A stretch of 63,971 nt of DNA, the filler included, from Basidiobolus ranarum (taxonomy: Eukaryota): NCBI GenBank assembly GCA_040143965.1. It is 3 parts of 3 records of this genome, joined end to end, with 100 filler letters (N's around TTAATTAATTAA, not from the genome) between each part and the next. Parts side by side here need not be neighbours in the genome. Positions count along the whole stretch, not along the records: positions 1 to 23,176 come from JASJQH010007047.1; 2 more parts are not named here. One strand, 5' to 3'. Each line of letters opens with the position of its first letter. Within the stretch, counting starts at the first letter, position 1. The notes below the pieces were generated by a model. That model did not search any database and was not told the origin of the DNA. It worked only from the letters and a program-made list of their open reading frames with translations. The translations under genes and the position numbers were made by a program. Positions 1 through 11,158 of this stretch are shown in pieces.

Positions 1-156
1 GAAAATAGTGAAAATTGGTAAAAGTGATCTAATTGATATTTCTATCAATTAGAGCAATAAACACACGTTTTTGAATGACAGAATTGAGTACTAAATAATC
101 AGAATATGAATTAACTAACTACTAAATAATGAGTTGCTATTTACCTAATTTCAACA
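1..156 (-). mobile_element. Partial Ty1/copia LTR (family A), runs off the window start
   Basis: Close match to 1585-1740. On the minus strand it begins TGTTGAAATTAGG at 156, a typical LTR terminus. Confidence 0.75.
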
Positions 157-431
157 GAAGTGTCTTGTCAATTGCTGATGACTATAAAGACATCTCAGAA
201 ACAGCTGATGATGGTTCATACCTAAAATATCTCACTTCTGTAGTAGTATTCTCTTTTCTACAGTCTCCTTTTTGCACTGGAGCACAAATGTTTGCAGAAG
301 ACCTGCTAGCATTGCCAGAAATTCTTTTGCTATAAAAGCTAGAGGATCCAAAGAAAGAATAGGCTCAATCACAATGACTGCACAAAGCCATTAGCAGCAC
401 ACAGTGTGGTGAGAATCAATAATAATCCCTA

Positions 432-1330
432 TCAGAAATTTCATGATTGTTATTAGAAGAAAACCATCACAATTTTAATCCTTTTGGGATTAACCATTTA
501 CTTATCATCATAAAATCCACAAGTTGGATTCGATTTTAATCAATTTCTTCTGTTTCAGGAGTCAACTTTCAAGGTCTCACAAAATAGTTGAAAATGATTA
601 GCTACAATCTATAGAGCAACACATGTGTAACAATCTAACTGAAATTTTAGACATTTACCACATGAATGTTAATCTTTCATCTTTGAAATCCCTAGTTTCT
701 TTGTTTCATTCTGCTGAATATTTTTATAGAGTTCTTGATAGGTAAGGTTTAGCTCAAATTCAATGCAGGTCTGTAACAATTTCTCCATCCAAGCCCCCCA
801 TTGTATTAACATAGCTCAATCAAAACTCTTCCAGCTTTCTAGTGGATACCCTCCAATATTGTGCCACTCTGCATTAAGTTCTTTCCTGATATCTGCATGG
901 TTAACACCAGACTGAGCATCAAGTTGAATGTTCTTCTTTTAAGCCACTTTCTGCATATTAACACTGCTTTCATTCCTTCATACTTTTAAAAATACTCCTC
1001 AAGCACTTTTATTATTTCTATATATCCTTGGAGTGTGACACTAATAAAAGGTGCTTTGAGGAGTTTGTGCAACTTTTTGCTTGCCTTTAAGTTTGTGGCT
1101 AATTTTAGCACTTTAAAGTATCAGTCAAAATCAGTAATGGATGAAATACTGTAATGGAAATTTGAGGATTGTTATCATAGTAAAAACAATCACATTATAA
1201 CCAATTTGGGATTGTCCATTTACTTACCATCATAAAATTGTTGTTTAGATTTGATTTTGAACAATTTTTTCCATTTCATGAGTGAAATTTCAAAATCTCA
1301 CAAAACAGTTGCACACAGTTAGCTACAATC
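432..1330. repeat. Diverged ~180-bp direct repeat pair (about 432-610 and 1156-1330) flanking a decayed coding-like stretch; probable TE relic
   Basis: Shared blocks such as gattgttat, tttgggatt..ccatttactta, catcataaaat, tctcacaaaa and ttagctacaatct. A mostly open minus-strand frame with scattered stops lies between the copies, and the region is CpG-depleted. Confidence 0.55.
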
Positions 1331-1398
1331 TCAGAAAACTATATATATATATAGACATTCCTTTAACAGCTAGCTTGGGGCTCATAAACTGATAAAAG

Positions 1399-1740
1399 TG
1401 TTTAGGGAATTTGGAAGTGTTTTGGACAAAGTTTGGATTTGTGAATTGGACACGTAAGCTTTATTGAATTGACTGTGTCCTATTTATAGTTACTATGAAA
1501 TAGAACTATTAGATGTGCTTGGATCATGACAAACATGCCTGTTAAGCATGGGTGAAAATATCAGATGATTTAGACAGGTTTTGAGAAAATAGTGAAAATT
1601 GGTAAAAGTGATCTAATTGATATTTCTATCATTCAGAGCAATAAACACATATTTTTCAATGGCAGAATTAAGTGCTAAATAATCAGAATATGAATAAACC
1701 AACTACTAAATAATGAGTTGCAATTTACCTAAATTCAGCA
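1399..1740 (-). mobile_element. Ty1/copia 3' LTR (family A)
   Basis: On the minus strand it starts TG at 1740 directly after the purine tract TGAGTGGGAA (1741-1750, PPT) and ends ...CCCTAAACA near 1399 (left end approximate). Homologous to 1-156. Confidence 0.75.
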
Positions 1741-2135
1741 TTCCCACTCAATTCATTATTATACATTTCTCTTAAACCTAACTTATATCTTAACAATTCA
1801 ATAGTTCTTTAGCTTAAGGTTTGGTTAAGATGTCCACAATCATTTACTCAGTAGGGCAACAAACAACCTCAATTATATCATTTTCTATCGCTTCTCTAAC
1901 AAAATGCTTCTCTAACAAGATGATGCCTAATATATCTATGTCTTATTCTAACATGAAATATAGGGCTTTCAGCTAATGAAATACAACCTGGACTATCTTC
2001 AAAAACAGTAATAGCATGTTTTTGCAAGTATCCTAAGTCTGTGAATAACTTCCTTAACCACATAGCTTCTTGGGTAGCAGCAGAGGCAGCCATATACTCT
2101 GCTTCTGTAGTGGAAAATGCTATAGTTGGTTGCAG
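1741..2135 (-). pseudogene. Degenerate Ty1/copia pol fragment (RNase H) plus polypurine tract
   Basis: Translates as QPTIAFSTTEAEYMAASAATQEAMWLRKL...FEDS...HVRIRHRYIRHHLVRE. After a frameshift caused by a short duplication it continues AIENDIIEVVCCPTE*MIVDILTKP*. These are copia RNase H motifs with internal stops. Confidence 0.9.
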
Positions 2136-2682
2136 AACATATTATTTATGATCGTGTAAATTTAGTTTCCTTTTCCTTTTCCCATTTCCTTTCCCTTCCT
2201 ATTTTTAAACTTTAGAAAGAATTGAATTGAATGGATTTTTCTTTTGGAAAATATTGGGTTTTCGATGTTTGCTATTGGAATGATTGGATTATTTGATCGA
2301 TATTATATTCAATATTAAATTATCCTGACAACATGGTTTGATTTTGATATTTATTCCCCCTCTTTTTGGTTTTACTTTTCTATACTTTTTATTGTTACAG
2401 AGTATGGGAGTACAGAGAAAGTAATGTAGTGTTTGGGTGATCGATGTAGAAATAAAAGTGAAGGTAAAGGTAAAGGAAAAAATAGATGTCAACTAAAAAT
2501 CATCTAAAATTGTCCGATTAACGGGAAGAGGGGAAAGGGTTGAATATTCCAGATATGCTTGAAAGCTAAAGCTAATGATATGATTCAGGTAAACAAGAGA
2601 GAAAAAAAATAGAAACAAGGAACAATACTAGAAATTGGGCATGGGTAAGGGAGATGGAATAGAAAGAGAGAGTACGAACGAA

Positions 2683-5600
2683 TTATTTTTGCATGGTTGG
2701 ACGTTCACCCACAGCATTACTCCTAATGGAATCAACATTAGCTTCGTTAACATTTAATGAAGAATTTTCTCTCTCTCTCAAGTTAATACTAGAGAGTCTG
2801 GCTAATTGACTAGGTGTATGATAACCAAGTTTATCCAAACTTTGATGAGATTCGGTGGAGAGGTCTAGTTGTGAAATCATCTCGGCGGTTTTCCTTCGCT
2901 TTTCCTTTTCGAAATCGCTCCATTTTTTCATATTGATTCTAGAACCATCAAATTCTCCTTCTTTATCTCCATGGTTTCCTCCTTTATCTTCTCCTTCCAC
3001 CTGTCTTGTTTGGCCCCAACTAAAATCATCAAAATGCCAGAACGCATAGGTAGGTAATACGAAATTCCAAAGCACCAACGAGAGTAAGTATACCAACATC
3101 CAACCGACGTACACAATCTTTCGGGTGGTCATTAAAATCAAGATTGCTGGAAGACCCAGGATAATCGCAAGAAGTATCAGCGGAATGATAGGGACTGGAG
3201 TAGTAAAGAATGAAATAATCACCAGATAGATGGTGAAAGAAATGGCAGCTGGTAGCACAACGGTACCCACCAATTCCATAAACACGACAAACTGCATGGA
3301 GAAACAAAATGTCCCACAAAGATCGCGAATTAAAACTAGTTCGAGAAGATTGTGTACCGTAGAATTGATCCATCTACGTCGTTGTGATAGAAGAACACCA
3401 AATGTATCAGGAACAACCGTTTTACACACCGCTTGAGGAACAAACATCATTTTCCGTTTAGGAAAGGTACGCAGCATTAGTGTAGTAAGATATCGATCTT
3501 CACCCAAAAGTAACAAATTCTTTTTATGCAAGGTATCCACTACGTTCTCACTATAATGCTCCACAATATCCGGACTAGCTAAGATTGGCACCCAATATCC
3601 ACTCGGTCCCTTTGGCGCCTTGATCCGATACATACAGAAGCATCCAGGTAGACAGGTTACACCACCAAAAATAGATTCGAATGCCTTACTTTGGTGATGA
3701 GAAATGTAATACTCAAACACTTGAATCATAGTCACCCAAGAATCGCGCTTATTAGCAATCTTCGTTTCGCCACACAGTCCCATAATCTGAGGATCAAGAA
3801 CCATACACGACACCATACGTGTTACCGAGTCAGGGTAAACCTTTGTATCTGCGTCTACCATGAGTACGATCTCAAAGTTATCTGGGCTAACTCCAGTGAT
3901 GCTCCACATAGCATTGAATAGCTCATACTCCATTTCAGTCATTCTATCGTTAAACATCACATGCTGAAGGAAAGACATCAAAACGATTTGACTATCACGT
4001 TTACCACGGTTACCGGGCTTCGGTAGGTTTTGTTCTTCGGCGTTACCACATTTAGTGATAAGAATCATAGGAACTTTGGGTTGTTTGTTTGGCGATACAA
4101 TAGCATTATTGAATTTGTAGTACCCCGCGTATACCTTGGCCATATTATGCCGTTTTAGACCATCAGCGATGGCCATGTAGGAGTACGGTTGAACGCTATC
4201 CGGTGGAATCACGAAATCTTTCATCATAGATAAGCAGATATCAGGTGTAGGCAAATCATTACCAGCTCCTTTAATGATACCGTCAGCAATAACCATAATT
4301 AACTTGTGGGACTCGGGGTAATCTGTTAGAGCAAGGGAATCAAGCGTGGTACGCAATCCCAGCTCACCTTCAGAATAGCAGGTAACCAGTAGGATGGTAT
4401 GAGCCAGTTGAAAATTGAAGGGCTGAAAAGATGGTGAAGGCGCTACTGGTGGCACGTGTATATTAGATCCAAAAGTAGAAGTACTTTGAGATGAATAAGT
4501 GGAGTTAGGACGACTGTTATATTTACCAAGAGCACTGCGTCCGGGCATACTAGAAATCAACAGAGAATTACTAGAGTTATTTACAGGTCGCGAGCCCCCG
4601 TGATTCCGTTTGACGTCGTAGACTGGCGGTGGAGCGGTGTAACGACTAACATGTGGTAAGAAATTATGACCTCCACCCATGTTTGCAGAAACTGCGAGTC
4701 GATTAGGGTTCTCACTCCATTGTTCAATGGCCTCAAGTCTCTGCATACGTTCTTCATAAGTTTCTTCTCGGAACGTGCCGAGACGCCAGCTCAGTACCCA
4801 TCCAAAGAAGACTGCCAAGAAGAATTTGGCAAGTACCACCCCGAGAATAACTATGAGAGAAACATAAAGAACAATGTTTGAGATGATACAGCCCATAGAT
4901 GTAGTATCCAAAACACCAACTCGGATCAGATCCATTGCACACCTGGCTTCTTCACGGTGATAATTTCCCATGAAGAAAGTGACGTCAGTTCCGCGATAGG
5001 GTGAATTAGCAGCAAGGAATTCATTGAAAATAGGTGGTGCTTGAACTCCAGGAACCAGCCATTTTAAGAGGTTAAAGTCTAATACGTGACCATTGTAAAC
5101 AACCAAGTTGTTATCTTTCTTGAGTATATCTGGCCATTCGTAATAAATCTCTCCAACAAATTTCAGCTTTTGAGCTGCGGCTCTGGCAGTTGAACTTGTG
5201 TGACAGCCAGTACGATCAGGATTATCCGATGGATTGGGTGCCAATGTAGTGTTTCGAACAATACAAGGGAAATAATTCACCGCATCGCCACCAGATAGAA
5301 CTCCCTTGCAATAAGAGTTAACATTTTGAAACAAGAAAGAAATATCTTGCCCACCAGCGATTGGGACGAGGTTTCCATCCCCAGGTACATTGGCACCGCC
5401 AGGAGGGTGTGTGTAGCCTGCTAAACTATACACTTTACCATTGATGATAGTATCTGTCTGTTGCAAAGAGCCATGTTTCACTCGGTTTTTAGAACTAGAA
5501 AATCCGCATAACACCTGTTGAAACCCGAAAGTTAAAAAGCCAACAGCCAAACACAACAAGATAATAACTGTGCATAGAGCCATTTTTTCACGCCAAGCAC

Positions 5601-6211
5601 GACGAATCTCCTTAGTCTTCATACCTATAAAATCCAACTTCAGCATCAATAATTACCAGGGACTATGAATTTGAAGTCAACTAACCACAACATGCTAATA
5701 GAGGATTTGGCGCATAACATGTAACGCAAGTAGCAAATGTTTGCCACATTGATGGACATTTACGCGTTCTGTGTAAGTGGGAGGTATCTCTTGGTTGGCC
5801 TCCTTTTAGAGAACGAAATGAATTTCCGTTACGCTCTAAGGCATTATGATTTGAGTTGCTGGAACGGTCAATAGTCGGGCTCTCCTCGCTTTCATTGATA
5901 CGACGAGGATATCTACGGTCTGTAGGACGTCGCTCAGGTCGTGTTAGGGATTTTTGTCTACGAGGGATATTCTCAGAAGTTTGAGATTCAAGGGCACGCG
6001 ATTCAAAAGTTCTTGGCCCATGTATATTGTTCAATTCTAAAGGTGTGTGAGAAAACTCTGAAGAGTGAGACTGTAGTTCTGACGGTTGTGGTTGGTCAAA
6101 CATGCCACGAGGATACTCCTCGGTAAGCTGTTCCCTTGTCTGATACTGACGCGGCCCATGACGAAGTCTGTTGGGCGGGGCTTCGGGAGGGTTGGAATTT
6201 TGAGAAGGCAT
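2683..6211 (-). CDS. CHS3: Chitin synthase, class IV (Chs3-type); 2 exons (6211-5686, 5624-2683)
   Basis: Motifs TCYSEG, GKRDSQ, DADT, LGEDRYL, QRRRW and DDFSWG, with a cytochrome-b5-like N-terminal region and no myosin motor. A GTTAGT...TTATAG intron joins the two ORFs in frame (CCG-MKTK). Confidence 0.95.
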
Positions 6212-7564
6212 ATAGTGCTATTCAACTGGGGTATGTTGTTGTGTGCACTTTTTGGTGAAAAAGAAACAAATAGTTCAGACTAAGAGAGAGAAAAAGTCAT
6301 TCAAAATATGAAGGCGAAGGTAGTAGATGAAAACTAAAGAGGAATAAGTAGAAAAATTAGAGAAACTTCCACAGAAGAGAAATATTAGTTATGACAACCA
6401 GAACACAGATAGTTTGAAGTGTACGCCTTCTTTTTACCTTATTCAAGCAATTGGCTAAATTTATTTATGATCCTCTTTCATTTAGGATGACTGTATGCTT
6501 GATGTAAATATTCCTTCGCAACGCGTCCAATTTTATTTAGCTCTTGAACTAATACATACAGTGAGTTTCCTCTTTAGTTCGTCCAGACCGTCATTACTTA
6601 AGATTTGTAATGAATGTAGTATAGAATGATTGGAGTAAGATATATAGCTAAATCGGAGTTTATAGGGTTTTAACTCAGGTACAGATACGAGCATTAGTTG
6701 CTATGATGTGTTTGGATGAATATGTGACTATTATGGGATATATTATGTGTTGTGGATAGCTACGATAACAACAAAGCAGTGGAAATCTCAGTGTAAGCAC
6801 CAAAAGCATCCACTGACATCTAGATATAAAGCGAAATGTCTATATATATCATGGGATACCACTAGAATCCCAATAAGGTACGATCAATCACCATTTTAAT
6901 CTTGCAGTCATCATTAACACGTCATGATCAGTGGGCATAATTAGTAGTTGATATCTAGAATCTGTTGCTTGCTCCACAAATTCTATCGCTCAGGGTTGGC
7001 CTTCTCTAATGCTTGGGGTTGGCCTTCAACCTGGTTTACCATCCTCATATCCACCATTTGTTCGCCTTTAAGTTGCAGTTCTTCAACTAGCATTCATGGA
7101 TCCAAGAAAGACATAACCTGCAAACATGTGATATATCATAGTGGCTTCATGATATATGCTACAGCCTCAATGAATTTAGACTTTTCACTGAAACTCACCC
7201 TTGCCAGATTGATTTTAACCGTCCCAGTAACATTGTTGGCTCACTAAGACAACTTTGAATCCCAACCAACTCGCTTCCCCAGCATCAGCCCACATCAAAA
7301 CAAATAACAATGTTTTAACGTCACTACGGTGTGGTCATGTTTAGGTGGTTTAAATTGAATGAAGGATATATATAGCGGTGAAATTTATTAGCTGGATGAG
7401 GGTATGAGACATCCGCTATTACATAATAAACCTGGTAGTATCCAATGTCTCACCATTTCATTGATATGAAAGCAACTGCTCTTTTTCCGTGTGATTTCAT
7501 TTTTCTTCTATGTGCTATTTCTGAAGAACTGTTCTGGTGAGCTGAAATAAGTGTAGTTCCCATA

Positions 7565-8482
7565 ATGTCTGCCAACATGTCCTCGTATGTAGTTGGAACA
7601 TGTTTTGGCATCACCATAGTTACCACCATATCCTTAGCTTTTATTCGTGGCTGGCGATCCTACTCGGGCATAACTTCGCATAGAATCCTCTACTTCGTGG
7701 CTCTTAGTAACTGTATATATTCCCAAATCAAAATAACCCAGCTCAATGGTGAAAAGGGTGCTGATTGTAAAACCGCTGAGAATCTTTCGCTCATTTTCTA
7801 TCATGGCAGTAACACGATTCAACTTTTGTTTTACATTTTGAGGTATAAAGAGGTGTTTCAGAGGGTTTCGCTTCTGATAATTCCCTCCATAATCACGCTA
7901 ATTTATACTAGCTCGATTCCCGTGGCGATTCTTCTTAACCAGTCTACGGTCAAAGAAGATGGTGTATGTTTTGTAAATCATCCTATAATATCAGGTTATC
8001 TTCCGCTTGTTACCAATTTCCTGGCCTCCACCTATATGCTGTGTTTATTTCTAACCCCATTCTGTTCCTTTCTGTGCAAAAGAGAGAGAAATAAGTTATG
8101 TTCAATAGCCCGAGCCAGCTACAATCTACTCATAACCAATTCTATAGCCATCATCTCCAACATACTTTTTAACCTAAGTCTAACCACTTCACTTAATACG
8201 TGTGCCCCCATGCTTTCGATGATTGATTTGACCCTTAATTTTATCATGGTATGCCTTCCGTACTTTTTAAGCAAGTTCTTGAAAACCCCGGATGAACTTT
8301 CCATTACTTGGTCAAATGAGGAACTTGGTGGTAACAGTATATCTAGGCCAAATCCAACCTACTCGAGTACAGGATCACATGTGCTAAACTTTGGTGATAT
8401 CACTTTTCCATCCAACACCTTTCAGCCATCAGAAGATATTCATGTAAAAAATGAGATAACAGTAACCACTTTGTATAAATAG
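7565..8482 (+). CDS. Putative seven-transmembrane GPCR-like receptor (intronless)
   Basis: About seven hydrophobic segments, Cys at the top of TM3 (GADCK) and in ECL2 (DGVCF), LRY at the end of TM3, and a Ser/Thr-rich cytoplasmic tail. Confidence 0.65.
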   Translation: MSANMSSYVVGTCFGITIVTTISLAFIRGWRSYSGITSHRILYFVALSNCIYSQIKITQLNGEKGADCKTAENLSLIFYHGSNTIQLLFYILRYKEVFQRVSLLIIPSIITLIYTSSIPVAILLNQSTVKEDGVCFVNHPIISGYLPLVTNFLASTYMLCLFLTPFCSFLCKRERNKLCSIARASYNLLITNSIAIISNILFNLSLTTSLNTCAPMLSMIDLTLNFIMVCLPYFLSKFLKTPDELSITWSNEELGGNSISRPNPTYSSTGSHVLNFGDITFPSNTFQPSEDIHVKNEITVTTLYK

Positions 8483-8756
8483 ACCATTTCCCATGCAAAA
8501 ATCATCGGTAAACCCCATCCATTGAATTAAATTCCTATCATGTTTATGGATTAATTATCGAGTTATTTAGAAGGATTACTTGTAGGGTTAATTGGATTAT
8601 TGATGGATTATTAAATTACATCTAGAAATGCTTCTACAGTATGTATAGGGTTTGGATTCTTAGGTTTGGATTCTTATTCTCTATGTGGCTCTAGTTTGTA
8701 CATTGGTAATATTCAGCAGGGTTAGTCTAAGTGTTAGGGCAAGGGCGCAAGGGTAA

Positions 8757-8972
8757 TTAAAAGTATGGGCAGGGGGCGCTTGGTGACCGCATGGGTTCAT
8801 AGTTGAATTGCGGCGACATCATGCCTGGTCTGGTGGATGTTTGACTTGGACTTGGTGGGTTAGGAAGTCTTGACGCTCTCGATTGGCTACCGTTCACTTG
8901 GTATGATGGGTAAAATATATTTGCTGAGGAGTTTAGATTGCAAAGAAGCGAGTCACGGACGGTGGATTTCAT
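8757..8972 (-). CDS. Hypothetical small Pro/Ser-rich protein (71 aa)
   Basis: ATG-initiated ORF, GC-richer than its flanks, with a TATATAA element about 70 bp upstream on the minus strand. No recognisable domain. Confidence 0.35.
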   Translation of the reverse strand: MKSTVRDSLLCNLNSSANIFYPSYQVNGSQSRASRLPNPPSPSQTSTRPGMMSPQFNYEPMRSPSAPCPYF

Positions 8973-9241
8973 AGCAGTATTCCTTCTAATAGAAATCTAT
9001 AAACCAAATCAAATGTGCATATCTTGGTGTCGCAATGGGGCTTATATAGCCTCCGTCCCCTTCACCAATAATGAAGGCGCGTGCATCATAATGAATTTTG
9101 AAACGATTGCTCATTGTCCTCTTATTGTATGAAACTATGCTTAAGCTGTATTCACTCAGGGTTTCACTCTAAATTTCCGATGGCTCTTATTTTCCACTGA
9201 CTACATACATCTATAAAAATAGCTTTTGAAACGCGCAGTAA

Positions 9242-9347
9242 GGCTACTAAATATTATACTTACACTTACGGCTACTAAATATTATACTTACACTTACGGC
9301 TACTAAATATTATACTTACACTTACGGATACTAAATATTATACTTAC
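9242..9347. repeat. Tandem minisatellite, 28-bp unit GGCTACTAAATATTATACTTACACTTAC, three perfect copies plus a partial fourth
   Basis: Read directly at 9242, 9270 and 9298, with a truncated variant at 9326. Confidence 0.95.
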
Positions 9348-9601
9348 GGCTACGGCTATGGTTAGTTATGATCAATGCTACAGTTACAGTTGTGACTAAG
9401 ACTACCGAGCAAGATGTGGCTGTCCAATCAGATTCGATATTCCTCAAATTATCAGTGACTGTAAACAAGCTACATTTTTCGTGATGTTTACATTTAACTG
9501 ATACTATATTCTCACGTATTTCCGCAAATGGTCACTTATTTTTCTGTAGTCCAATCTTCGGGTTCCTTGCCCTTAACTACCTCTAGTTCATACTTGCAAA
9601 G

Positions 9602-10930
9602 ATGAATGACTACGAAGCAGAAAGGTTATTTTTGAATACCTTTTATTCTTCTCATACTGTTTACTAACTCCTGGATAACAGACAAAAACGTATTGAGGCT
9701 AATAAGCTATTGCTACAGAATTTAGGCTTGGGCGAGAAGGTGAATACTTTAAATGTCTAAGATCACTACCTTTTCTTCAACTAACCTATCGATGAGTAGA
9801 AGAAACCTCAAATTTTATCAACTAAACATGTTAGTACATCATCTACACGCGTCACTGAACCCAGAGCGTCCCCGTTTTCTTATCATTGTACCAGTACACA
9901 CAATGAGCCCGTAGTTTTAATTCCTAAAATACGTCGAAGTGCCCGAGCAAGAGGAAAGGTATATTAACAAGAAAAGGAAAACATTCCCTTTAAAGATTAG
10001 TACTGATGAAGAGATTGACTTTAGAAATCATATCAAGAGACGGATGATATCAAAAAAGAGACCGATTCCGATTATGATCCTGAATTCGACTTTATAGCTT
10101 ATCTCTTTGAAAGCGAAGGCTTGACTGGGGCTTCTATACGGGGACGTCGTCGGGTAACATCGAGTTAGACTCTGGTATTTTATTTTATTAAAAATACTCA
10201 TACGATATTATATTATTACAGAGAACGACTTCCCGACCTACTCGTAGTGTACCAGGAATACGGTATCAAGGGGGCAGGTTGATGATATTCCCCTCTTTTT
10301 CGCTAAATATTGCAAGACTAATCAACGAATTAACATTTAGAGTATATGATTCCGTTCGGGGTTCTACGTGTCACCAATGCCGGTTAGTATTTTCTTTGTA
10401 AAATTTCATGTTCTAATATCTCATTAAAGTCTTAATTCCTTTAGGCAAAAGACTATGGATGAGAAAGTAGGAAATTTCACTTTATAGAATAGATGTTGAT
10501 TTCTGTATGCTGACAATTGTTAAGGTTCGGTGTACCAGTATTACTGAGAATGGTGATAGATGCAATGTTCTTCTAGATGAAATGTGCCTCCGAAACAGGT
10601 TTTTTTGTCTGATAATTTGCGCTCATGCTTCACTATATATTCAACATGGATATCATTTATAACAGATACGGTCTGACGTTAGATGAAGCTCAAAGCTCTG
10701 GAGACTGGGTTTGTCCAGTGTAAGTATATTAGTACTAGTGGCCATGTATGCACTCTCCAAACTCATTAACTTCTTCAAACACTAGATGCCAAGGGATTTG
10801 TAACTGTTCCATTTGTCGACGAAGGAATGGTCTCCCTGCGACTGGAATCTTGGCCCATGTATGTGAGCGACTCGGTTATTCTAGTGCGGCAGAGCTGTTG
10901 GAATCTAAAAGACCCAGAGCTTCAATATAG
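9602..10930 (+). CDS. CDCA7: CDCA7-like protein with C-terminal zf-4CXXC_R1 domain; 10 exons, about 253 aa
   Basis: Manual splicing (9602-9624, 9682-9739, 9800-9958, 10025-10153, 10222-10277, 10341-10382, 10445-10466, 10525-10598, 10666-10719, 10786-10930; all GT-AG) gives one open frame: MNDYEAERQKRIEANKLLLQNLGL...RVYDSVRGSTCHQCRQKTMDEKVRC...RCNVLLDEMCLRNRYG...[27 protein letters not shown]. Confidence 0.9.
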
Positions 10931-11158
10931 ATTTTGATTGGATCTGAGATCGAATTTTACAGCTGGTTTAATAAATTTTCATCAATTTTACCCTTCTCTT
11001 CGATGCGTATGTCTATAGATAGATATGTATCCAGCACCTAATCCATATCCCAGACAACTCCCAACTAACCGTAATCATAAGTTAAGATAAATTGAGCAAA
11101 TATTTAATATAGAACCGAGAAATGCAGCACAGATAATTTGTGTACACCAACAACCGAG

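Noticed and set aside
2289..2492. 67-aa ORF MTSIFSFTFTFT...
   Set aside because: Low-complexity AT-rich sequence in the CHS3 3' region with a non-ATG start.
9242..9347. 28-bp repeats resembling a CRISPR array
   Set aside because: The units are contiguous with no spacers, there are no cas genes, and the context is eukaryotic.
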